Below, piece after piece: positions 1 through 7,788 of a DNA stretch of 56,581 nt. The translations under genes were made by a program, and so were the position numbers. Below the pieces are notes generated by a model that saw nothing but the letters and a program-made list of their open reading frames with translations, did not search any database and was not told where the DNA came from. Source of the DNA: a virus (taxonomy: Duplodnaviria > Caudoviricetes); IMG/VR virus record IMGVR_UViG_3300020426_000005, positions 1-56,581 of that record. One strand, written 5' to 3'. Numbering within the stretch: the stretch's first letter is position 1; each line of letters opens with the position of its first letter.

Positions 1-92
1 GAAACAAAGCAAATTCTAACTGCTATTCTGGCAAACCCATTAAACAACCATTAATCAATATTCTAATTTAAGCCTTAATAAAATTGAGATCA

Positions 93-260
93 ATGAAAAA
101 TATACAATTTGGAAAATCCTTGATAGGTGATTTTGAAGAAAGTACATGGACGTTTAAAATGCCTGAAGATTTTAAACTGACGGCCGGTAGGTTTGCTATT
201 ATTCCAGAGAAGGAATTAAAGATCCTATTAGAGCAGAAAGATAAGTCAAACAAATCCTAA
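93..260 (+). CDS. small hypothetical protein (55 aa, below ORF-track cutoff)
   Basis: ATG 93 to TAA 258-260, co-directional with neighbours; translated by hand. Confidence 0.55.
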   Translation: MKNIQFGKSLIGDFEESTWTFKMPEDFKLTAGRFAIIPEKELKILLEQKDKSNKS

Positions 261-270
261 CTCTGAAATT

Positions 271-726
271 ATGGAAAATAAAAATTATAGAACAAAAAAA
301 ATTATGTTGGATCTATTTGATCCGGATCTTGAGAAAATGGTAACAGAAGAAGCTGAGCAGATAATTTTTAAAGAACCGCAGTTGTTAGAAAATGAAAGGA
401 TTTTTGAAGTTGGATCTGCTTACCATAAACCTAAGCAAAATGATATATGTATTATTCCTTTTCATGGGATTGAAATTGACAATAGGACTTTACTTAAAAT
501 AGCCCACTCTTTTGGTATTGGTAAGACTCAAATCAAAACTTGGAAGGATTCAAATAATAAGTATCAATATTCTTTACCGTATGATTCCAAAAATGGATTC
601 TGGGAAGAAGAAAAGGAAGTGTTTAAAACCGTTGAAAATGATCTGGCATATGAACCAGCATATTGTTACGGATATACAATTTTCGAAGGAGGAAATCAAA
701 TAATTCATAATAAACCTATAAGTTAA
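271..726 (+). CDS. hypothetical phage-like protein
   Basis: 151-aa ORF in tightly packed + strand run. Confidence 0.7.
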   Translation: MENKNYRTKKIMLDLFDPDLEKMVTEEAEQIIFKEPQLLENERIFEVGSAYHKPKQNDICIIPFHGIEIDNRTLLKIAHSFGIGKTQIKTWKDSNNKYQYSLPYDSKNGFWEEEKEVFKTVENDLAYEPAYCYGYTIFEGGNQIIHNKPIS

Positions 727-727
727 A

Positions 728-997
728 ATGGAAGAGCTTAATAAATTATTCAAAAACAATGAGGACTTTAGAAAGCATGTGGATAATCTTTGGAAAACCA
801 GGGAAGGATTGCATTTCATATACGAAAGTCGACCCGATTTGAGAACGTCCATTTTAACGCAGCTAAAGACTTTAAATGAAATTATCGGTGCACTAATTAA
901 GGAACGGCCATATCATCCAAAATTAGGGTTCAGATCAGCAGAAACTAACGGAATTAAAACCGCCACGCCACTTTTAAAATTTAGTAATATAGAATAA
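728..997 (+). CDS. hypothetical protein
   Basis: 89-aa ORF abutting both neighbours. Confidence 0.65.
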   Translation: MEELNKLFKNNEDFRKHVDNLWKTREGLHFIYESRPDLRTSILTQLKTLNEIIGALIKERPYHPKLGFRSAETNGIKTATPLLKFSNIE

Positions 998-1294
998 ATG
1001 GAAGGATACGTAAGCATACCCGAATTAATCGAATACATGAAACGGGAAGGATTAGTATTTGCAAAGGAGGCCGATCTTGGACACCTTAAGCTAAGAGAGC
1101 AATATTTGAGAAGAAAGTCTTTAAAATATAAGGAAATAGCTGATGCTAAGCTCTGGGGAGATCTTAGCAAAAAAGGCGTTGAGGCTATAGCAAAAAGAAT
1201 GCTTGAACCGCACGAAATCTTTATGAAAGGTCAGTCGTATTATATCCACATTTCCGCAGTAGAGAGAATTGCTAAAAATAAAGGAATTTTATAG
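998..1294 (+). CDS. putative HTH/excisionase-like DNA-binding protein (paralog 1)
   Basis: YLRRKSLKYKEIADAKLWGD...AVERIAKN; strongly similar to the next ORF. Confidence 0.55.
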   Translation: MEGYVSIPELIEYMKREGLVFAKEADLGHLKLREQYLRRKSLKYKEIADAKLWGDLSKKGVEAIAKRMLEPHEIFMKGQSYYIHISAVERIAKNKGIL

Positions 1295-1609
1295 ATGGAC
1301 GATGTATTGATCAGAAAAGTAGTTCGTGAGCTATTCCCAGTATTTATTGAGGAATTAAAAAGCGAAGGTTTAATCATTGTTCCTGAATCATACGTTGCTA
1401 AGAATCTGCAGCAAAAATATCTTAGGAAAAAATCACTAACTTTTAAAGAGATTGCAGACGCCAATCTATGGGGAGATATTGGTAAAAGCCGAGTGGAAGC
1501 AATCGCCAAAGAGGAACTTATTCCTCACGAAAAATTTAAAGACGGGAATAAGTGGAAGGTTCATAGAGCGGCCGTAGAAAGGATTGCAAAAAATAGAGGA
1601 ACAATATAG
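1295..1609 (+). CDS. putative HTH/excisionase-like DNA-binding protein (paralog 2)
   Basis: YLRKKSLTFKEIADANLWGD...AVERIAKN; tandem paralog of 998-1294. Confidence 0.55.
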   Translation: MDDVLIRKVVRELFPVFIEELKSEGLIIVPESYVAKNLQQKYLRKKSLTFKEIADANLWGDIGKSRVEAIAKEELIPHEKFKDGNKWKVHRAAVERIAKNRGTI

Positions 1610-1687
1610 ACTATTACTGTGTGGACACCAGAAGAAAAAGAAGAGAGAGTACAATTTTTAATATTCACTAATAAATAAAACGATACA

Positions 1688-2023
1688 ATGGATTTAAAAC
1701 AAAGAGAAAAGCTAACTGCTTTTATGAATCAATTAAGAAATTATGATGAGCCTGAATTTGAGAATGATTTTTTTTCAGAGGATAAATTAACCCCAGAAGG
1801 GATCAAAATTTCAATTAGGATATTAGAGCACTTTCTAATAAGGTTGCAATATGAAAAGTTAAATACAAAAACGAAAGAAAAGGATTTAATTCCTGGGGGA
1901 TTTTCCAAACCGGTAATTGATAGTATAATTCAAGAAAAAATTCGAGATGCTAATTCTGAAGAATTGCTTAAAATTGAAGAAGAGATCAAAGAGCACCTAA
2001 AAAACCTTAAAAAACTTAAATAA
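1688..2023 (+). CDS. hypothetical protein
   Basis: 111-aa ORF with A-rich leader. Confidence 0.65.
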   Translation: MDLKQREKLTAFMNQLRNYDEPEFENDFFSEDKLTPEGIKISIRILEHFLIRLQYEKLNTKTKEKDLIPGGFSKPVIDSIIQEKIRDANSEELLKIEEEIKEHLKNLKKLK

Positions 2024-2071
2024 TATTTTTAAATTTTGTTCTTTCAAATATAAATCATTAATAACTCAATT

Positions 2072-2326
2072 ATGTCAACAGATCAAAAAAGTGTTTACGA
2101 ATTAAATCTTCATGAAGAAACTACCATTAGAACGGGTAAAAAGGTAATGAGAGTGCCGGGTGGATGGATTTACACAACAATTCATTCTTTAGATGAAGGA
2201 ATGAATACAATTTCACAAAGTATCGCAACGACGTTTGTACCAGAACCTTTAGAAGAGATAAGCAAAGACGGGAAAACAATTATTAGTAAACCCAAAAGTC
2301 CAAAAGGATTAAATTTTGGGAGTTAA
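2072..2326 (+). CDS. hypothetical protein ending in a TerL-like C-terminal peptide
   Basis: 84 aa; ends IISKPKSPKGLNFGS versus TerL IISKPKAPKGLNFG. Confidence 0.7.
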   Translation: MSTDQKSVYELNLHEETTIRTGKKVMRVPGGWIYTTIHSLDEGMNTISQSIATTFVPEPLEEISKDGKTIISKPKSPKGLNFGS

Positions 2327-2536
2327 TTTGCCTAAACACCATCCCTCACTTTTCCATTTTACACACTCCTAATCAATAGGCTAAAAATGTTTTTGTACAC
2401 ACAAAGACACAACTTGCAGTAATATTTCAGGGATAGTTATATTTTTATAAAAAGTATAAAAAGGGAGAAAACACGGATAAAGTAATAGGGTTTTAAGTTG
2501 TAAAGTACTGGTAATTATACCTTTGTAGTTTTAATA

Positions 2537-2553
2537 AGTGCCCAGGATGGGAG
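2537..2553. repeat. att core, integrase-proximal (duplicated 3' end of tRNA-Leu)
   Basis: AGTGCCCAGGATGGGAG identical to 56506-56522; similarity resumes with AACC after 3 mismatches. Confidence 0.95.
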
Positions 2554-2700
2554 CGCAACCTATAAGTTTTCAATGCTTGTTGATGTCGCTTAATGTCGTT
2601 AACATCATTCTGTTTCAGTAGTATTTAAACTAATTAATAAATGTCAATAAATGACATTAAAAGACTATAAATTTTATTATGTTAGCACAAAAGTTAACAC

Positions 2701-3954
2701 ATGGCGACACCTTCTTTTTACATTAGAAAAAATAAAGATGTAGCAACAATAATATTCAGATTTTCCTACAAAAGAGGTGTTTCTCCTTTTCGAAAATCTA
2801 CTAGCGAACAAATTCCTGTAGATTCTTGGGATTCAAAGAAACAAAAAGTAAAGGATAAAATTTCAACTTTTGCCTATGCTGGCAAAATCAATGAAAGATT
2901 AAGCAAAATACAAAAACACTTTGATGAAGGTACAAGAGGTGAAGACATCAGTGTTCCACTTTTAGAAAAGTTATGGCTATCAATTGATGATAAGAAAGGA
3001 ATAACATTTTTAGAATTCTGTGACAATCATTACAATTGGTGCTTCAATAATATTAATCCAAAGACAAAAAAGAAGTACTCAGAAGAAACTTTAAAAAAGT
3101 ATAAAGGTGCAGTTAAAAAGCTTAGATTATTTGTAAATGATAATTATGAACTTAGCTTTAAATCTTTAGACCAGGAATTTCACAAAAGATTCATTAAGTA
3201 TTTTGAAGCACAAGGATTGGCTCCAAACTCGATAGGAACTATTTTAAAAAACATAAAAGTTTTCGCTAAAGCCGCCGCCAAAAATCATCCTGTAAATAAC
3301 TTCATACTTTCTGACGAATTTTACCTTCCATCAAATGAAACACAATCAATTTATTGTGATGAATCAGAAATACAAAAGATATTCGATCATATACCTAAAA
3401 AAAAGTATCTTTTAAATGCTCGCAACTGGTTTATTTTTGGCTGCTGGACTGGACTTCGAGTTTCTGACTGGAACCGGGTGGAAGACATCAAGGAAGATTA
3501 TATCACAATTAAACCTAAAAAGACAACTAATACTTCAGGTAAGACTGTGGTAATCCCCGTACATTGGCAAATTAAATCAATAATAGAAACCTATGGTATG
3601 CCTAGTAAAATAAGCGGACAGAAATTCAATGATTACATTAAGGAAGTTTTTAAAAACGCAGGTTTTAATCAGTTGGTTTATGGATCTAAAATGGAGAGTA
3701 TAGGCAAGGATGAAAAGGAAAATGAGATCATGCGTAAGAAAGTAGGTAACTTTCCAAAGCATGAGCTTATAAGTTCTCACACGTGCAGAAGATCTTTTGC
3801 TACTAATAACTATTTAATAGGGATTGATACTTTAACCATCATGCAGGTCACCGGTCATACTACAGAAAAAAACTTTTTAAATTATATTAAAGTAACACCA
3901 ACTCAACATGCCGAACGTTTAAAAGAAAAATGGGATAAACATTATAATAAATAA
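2701..3954 (+). CDS. int: tyrosine recombinase / phage integrase
   Basis: TGLRVSD, HTCRRSF, GH and YIK catalytic motifs; N-terminal arm-binding-like region; next to att. Confidence 0.95.
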   Translation: MATPSFYIRKNKDVATIIFRFSYKRGVSPFRKSTSEQIPVDSWDSKKQKVKDKISTFAYAGKINERLSKIQKHFDEGTRGEDISVPLLEKLWLSIDDKKGITFLEFCDNHYNWCFNNINPKTKKKYSEETLKKYKGAVKKLRLFVNDNYELSFKSLDQEFHKRFIKYFEAQGLAPNSIGTILKNIKVFAKAAAKNHPVNNFILSDEFYLPSNETQSIYCDESEIQKIFDHIPKKKYLLNARNWFIFGCWTGLRVSDWNRVEDIKEDYITIKPKKTTNTSGKTVVIPVHWQIKSIIETYGMPSKISGQKFNDYIKEVFKNAGFNQLVYGSKMESIGKDEKENEIMRKKVGNFPKHELISSHTCRRSFATNNYLIGIDTLTIMQVTGHTTEKNFLNYIKVTPTQHAERLKEKWDKHYNK

Positions 3955-4016
3955 AATATAGAGAAGCTGAACGGGATCGAGCTCAGCGGTTGATTATTGA
4001 GTGATATAGGTATAAA

Positions 4017-4041
4017 AAACACCGCTATTAAAACGGTGTTT
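4017..4041. terminator. bidirectional intrinsic terminator
   Basis: AAACACCG-N9-CGGTGTTT between convergent genes. Confidence 0.7.
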
Positions 4042-4129
4042 ATATTCTCTACTTGGAGTGAATCTTAACTTCCCCCAATTACGTCTCTTAAATTAATTTT
4101 GTGAATTTTCATAATGGAATATTTAAGGG

Positions 4130-4438
4130 TTACTCCTTTATTTTTTTCTTAGTAGTTTTACTATAACCACCTTCTTTCCAATCTCTATTTTCATCTAACC
4201 AAGTTAAGAGAGATCCAAGGAATCTATATATGGATGCTAATCCAGTAGCTTGATTAAAATTGACCTGACCGTCAACATGACGGATTAAAACGCTTCTTTT
4301 ATGTAATGGCTTAGATCCTTTTAAAATGTATGTATAAGTACTACCAACTTTTCTTTTGCTGTCTTCAATAAATTTTTCGGTTTCTTCAAGTTTTTCTAGT
4401 ACAAAATCAATATCTACAGTAGGTAATGTTTCAGACAT
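4130..4438 (-). CDS. hypothetical protein, possible toxin partner of the HicB-like ORF
   Basis: 102 aa, basic, 3 nt downstream of the HicB-like ORF. Confidence 0.45.
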   Translation of the reverse strand: MSETLPTVDIDFVLEKLEETEKFIEDSKRKVGSTYTYILKGSKPLHKRSVLIRHVDGQVNFNQATGLASIYRFLGSLLTWLDENRDWKEGGYSKTTKKKIKE

Positions 4439-4441
4439 AAC

Positions 4442-4834
4442 TTAAGAGGCAATTTTTAATTCCTCCATATCTACTTTCTCGATATAGTTATCACCAGTAC
4501 TTAATAAGGTATTGAATATGTGATTAGAATTACTGAAAGTCATTAATGTTTCTTCTTCAGAATTAGAAGAAACTTTCCATCCTAATCGCATTAATTCTTT
4601 TTCTAAACCTTGACCAAAATCTTCTGCATTTAAGCAAAATGCTTTAATCGCTTCTCTTACAGCAATATCTGCATCATTCTCATCTTTAGCATATGTCCTG
4701 ATATCAAAAAGAGGAACATTAACTGATAAAAATCCATCTTCAGTTTCCTTATGCCATACAGGCATTTCAACCATAACAGAGGATATTTTATCTTCTCTTC
4801 GATGAATTTGAATATTAAATTCAGTATTGTTCAT
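4442..4834 (-). CDS. HicB-like antitoxin-fold protein
   Basis: VNVPLFDIRTYAKDENDADIAVREAI resembles the HicB N-terminal pattern; acidic. Confidence 0.5.
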   Translation of the reverse strand: MNNTEFNIQIHRREDKISSVMVEMPVWHKETEDGFLSVNVPLFDIRTYAKDENDADIAVREAIKAFCLNAEDFGQGLEKELMRLGWKVSSNSEEETLMTFSNSNHIFNTLLSTGDNYIEKVDMEELKIAS

Positions 4835-4918
4835 TGTGAATATTTAAATTGAATATTGTTTTGTTTTACTATTTATAAATATATAAATAATTTTAATACG
4901 GTACCTTAAAAAGGCGTG

Positions 4919-4926
4919 CAAATATA
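4919..4926 (-). promoter_or_regulatory. Bacteroidota -7 promoter element (TATATTTG)
   Basis: matches TAnnTTTG, upstream of the 4834 start. Confidence 0.55.
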
Positions 4927-5026
4927 TGTATAAACCTATATAATAAAAATTTATTTTACTGTTTTACTGTTAATTAAGTCGGTTTTATATCGATTTAATT
5001 ACACTAATGATGCCAGATTAATTCCT

Positions 5027-5662
5027 TTACAAACTCCTTTTAATATCAATTACATTAAATATTGCGACGAGGTCATCCATATAAACCTCCTGATCTTCAT
5101 ACAACGGATTTAAAGAATGGAGTAGTAAACGGCCAGTTTCTGTATCGTGCTCTAAAACGCGTTTTATTAATATACCTTCTTGGCGGTGAACAATAACAAA
5201 GTTTTTCCAGCGGTGAAGGTGAAGTTTATTTTTCCAGTGAATTCTTTGAATTTCTCGACAAAGCAAAACGTCTTTTTCAACTATACTTTCTCGGCTATCA
5301 TTATCCATACTGTCACCAGTAACTTCAAAACAAATATATCTTCCTTTATACTCCTTATCTACCTCCCATAAAATGGTTGGTAGTTCCTGTACATACTCAG
5401 GATCTCCCCATCCAGATAAAAATCCAGCTCTTGCTCTGTGTTGAATTAAAGGTATTTGAAGATAATTTCCATAATCGACCGGCAAGGCTTCATCTTCACT
5501 TTTAAATAAAATTTGGTGTAATAATTCACTTTTTGAATCTGGTATAGTTTCACCTTTTTCGTAATTTATAATTGTTCTTTTAGAAACGCCTAATTTCTTT
5601 GCTAATTGATCCTGAGTTAATCCTAATTTTTTACGGTTAATTCTTATACGATCCCCCGTCAT
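5027..5662 (-). CDS. CI-like repressor (XRE HTH plus S24 peptidase)
   Basis: LTQDQLAKKLGVSKRTIINYEKG HTH; GDSM and IKR catalytic Ser/Lys motifs; start moved to MTGDRIR. Confidence 0.9.
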   Translation of the reverse strand: MTGDRIRINRKKLGLTQDQLAKKLGVSKRTIINYEKGETIPDSKSELLHQILFKSEDEALPVDYGNYLQIPLIQHRARAGFLSGWGDPEYVQELPTILWEVDKEYKGRYICFEVTGDSMDNDSRESIVEKDVLLCREIQRIHWKNKLHLHRWKNFVIVHRQEGILIKRVLEHDTETGRLLLHSLNPLYEDQEVYMDDLVAIFNVIDIKRSL

Positions 5663-5681
5663 TCCTATTGAATATTTAAAA

Positions 5682-5745
5682 GTGAAAAATTTTACGAAAA
5701 AATGCACTTAATATTTTGTAAAAGTGAAATATTGCACTATATTTG
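5682..5745 (+). promoter_or_regulatory. lytic promoter with GTG-N8-CAC operators
   Basis: TTTG 5715-5718, 19-bp spacer, TATATTTG 5738-5745; palindromes at 5682-5695 and 5724-5737. Confidence 0.65.
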
Positions 5746-5814
5746 AACCATATTAAAGGCATATTTAAAACAAATCTACGACAAAAGATTTAGAAACTAA
5801 ATAAGGGAATACCC

Positions 5815-6078
5815 ATGAAACCAGAATATGGAAAAGTAATTATAGAAGAAATAGGACAAAATTACGGTCGTAAAATTTTGGATTTTGCCAAGCAAGAAAA
5901 ATTCAAAAAAGAAAGAGGTCGAGGTTATTATAGTGATGCTCAATTTTTTAGAAATATTCTTAAAGGTCATGTTCATAATGTTAGGGTAGAAAAATTCCTG
6001 CTAAAAGTATATAAACACTATAAAAAAGAGAACGAGAAACATGCTCAGGAAGTAGAAGCTATTCTCGCAGCACAATAA
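5815..6078 (+). CDS. Cro-like regulator (by position)
   Basis: small basic ORF divergent from CI. Confidence 0.55.
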   Translation: MKPEYGKVIIEEIGQNYGRKILDFAKQEKFKKERGRGYYSDAQFFRNILKGHVHNVRVEKFLLKVYKHYKKENEKHAQEVEAILAAQ

Positions 6079-6104
6079 ATATTCACAATTAAATTTTCAA
6101 AACT

Positions 6105-6386
6105 ATGGTTAATCTAATCCAATTCAAATTCAATTTTCTAAGCTTAGAAGATATTGATTTTATCATCCACCAAAACAGTGTGCAACTTATGGCACTTTGG
6201 GGAATAAGCTACTACGATGCAAAGTATTATGTAGAACGCGTAATGAAGCAGTTTGCAAAAGAAGGTATTGTTCAAAACGTCTTAGACGAGCAGATCGTAA
6301 GCATTTTTGAAGGAAGGAATAACCGAAACTTTGCCAGAGAACATAGAAGAATAGGTGGCTTGGCTCAACCTTTAGCTTACGCATAA
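6105..6386 (+). CDS. hypothetical protein
   Basis: 93-aa ORF in early operon. Confidence 0.65.
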   Translation: MVNLIQFKFNFLSLEDIDFIIHQNSVQLMALWGISYYDAKYYVERVMKQFAKEGIVQNVLDEQIVSIFEGRNNRNFAREHRRIGGLAQPLAYA

Positions 6387-6674
6387 TAATTTCAACAATT
6401 AGTATCCATAATCATGAGAAGTATTATACACGTCGAAAACTCATCAGAAAAGAACTCATCAGCTTTTCAAGCATCCTTTCAACAATTAGTACCATCACAA
6501 AAAAGTGATGCCCGGTTCATCACTCCCGGGCATCTTTCAACAATTAATACTCACAATCATGATGCCCCAGGTGGGGCGTGTGAAGTATTATAATTCAAAG
6601 ATACATCAACCAATCGAACGAACAAAAACAAATCATCAAATTAAGGGAACTCCCTCAACAATTAATATCACAAC

Positions 6675-6809
6675 ATGAAAGAAGATAAAGAACTACAGCG
6701 CCTCGATAGGACCATTTATAGGTTGGATATCGAATCTAAAGTTTATGCCATATTGTTTGTCTTGGTCTTCATCGGGGGCTTAGTCTTTATCGCTTTAATC
6801 AACAATTAA
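6675..6809 (+). CDS. small single-TM membrane protein (44 aa)
   Basis: MKEDKELQRLDRTIYRLDIESKVYAILFVLVFIGGLVFIALINN; lies between two motif copies. Confidence 0.6.
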   Translation: MKEDKELQRLDRTIYRLDIESKVYAILFVLVFIGGLVFIALINN

Positions 6810-6833
6810 TATTCATTTTAAATTTTCACAATT

Positions 6834-7433
6834 ATGACTTCAATCACAACCCCAACAGCGCAAATCATTGCAGGAATCAATCCCAACTTACCAGCCGATA
6901 TCGAATTTATTCCGGCAGGAGAAGGATTAAAAGTAGCTTGTCTTCAAGGCGGTCGTATCTATCCATTTAAAGAACTCGAAACACCATTGTTTATGATGGT
7001 CGCTAATAAGTACAACACCGATCGAGGCGCAAAGCTTTTCATTAAGGCTTTACGAAATAAGCAGGGGCAACCATATTCATTTCCTGAGCAAGTAGAGATC
7101 TATACGTTCTATATGTGGGGAGCGGTAGACGGAAAACCAGACATCAAAAACGGAGAGTTACAACCGGCTGAAAACTTTATAACCGGTAAGAATTGTCCAT
7201 CACTACATTTCGACCACAAGCATATCACCATCAATAGCCAAGAACTCAATGATCGAGACATTAAAATTATTCTTATGGCTAATAACGATCTCCCCAACAA
7301 GGCTATTGCTGAGGAATTGAATCTTTCCATTAAAACATTGGAAGGTTATTTAACTGGACTATATCGAAAAGTAGGGGTTTATACTCGAACTGGCCTTGTG
7401 GCCGCATCATATCATAATAACATTATCGCATGA
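6834..7433 (+). CDS. LuxR/GerE-type HTH transcriptional regulator
   Basis: C-terminal LNDRDIKII...NKAIAEELNLSIKTLEGYLTGLYRKVGV. Confidence 0.8.
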   Translation: MTSITTPTAQIIAGINPNLPADIEFIPAGEGLKVACLQGGRIYPFKELETPLFMMVANKYNTDRGAKLFIKALRNKQGQPYSFPEQVEIYTFYMWGAVDGKPDIKNGELQPAENFITGKNCPSLHFDHKHITINSQELNDRDIKIILMANNDLPNKAIAEELNLSIKTLEGYLTGLYRKVGVYTRTGLVAASYHNNIIA

Positions 7434-7600
7434 AATCAGATTGGATACATGAATGGAAAGGCCTTAAGAACTACTTAGGGGGTATTTCAGTAAGAACTTT
7501 ACAGAGATACGAGAAAGAGGGAATAATTAAAAAATATAGACTAGGTAAGAAAGTCTTCTTTAAGAAAAGTGAAGTTGATTCTGCCTTAGTCGAAATGTAG
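7430..7600 (+). CDS. excisionase-like HTH protein (56 aa, missing from ORF track)
   Basis: LGGISVRTLQRYEKEGIIKKYRLGKKVFFKKSEVD fits the MerR/Xis winged-HTH pattern; ATGA overlap with upstream gene. Confidence 0.75.
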   Translation: MKSDWIHEWKGLKNYLGGISVRTLQRYEKEGIIKKYRLGKKVFFKKSEVDSALVEM

Positions 7601-7606
7601 AAAATT

Positions 7607-7762
7607 ATGAAAATGACCATCAATAACACCAAAGGCTTTTGGGAGGTAAATGGGAAAAGAGCTAAGGACTGGAACGTCAATGAACAACGATTTATGAATG
7701 ACTTTATTAAAAAAGTCAAACCAAAATCGGGCGTTCCATTAGAAATGGAAGTAGAGCAATAA
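7607..7762 (+). CDS. small hypothetical protein (51 aa)
   Basis: hand-translated ORF filling a gap in the operon. Confidence 0.55.
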   Translation: MKMTINNTKGFWEVNGKRAKDWNVNEQRFMNDFIKKVKPKSGVPLEMEVEQ

Positions 7763-7788
7763 ATATTCAATAATTAATATTCAAAATC

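Noticed and set aside
6392-6811. CRISPR array interpretation of the clustered repeats
   Set aside because: The repeat is only 13 nt, spacing is irregular (58-144 nt), and there are no cas genes
7471-7770. 99-aa minus-strand ORF
   Set aside because: It is the shadow of two better + strand ORFs (Xis-like 7430-7600 and 7607-7762)
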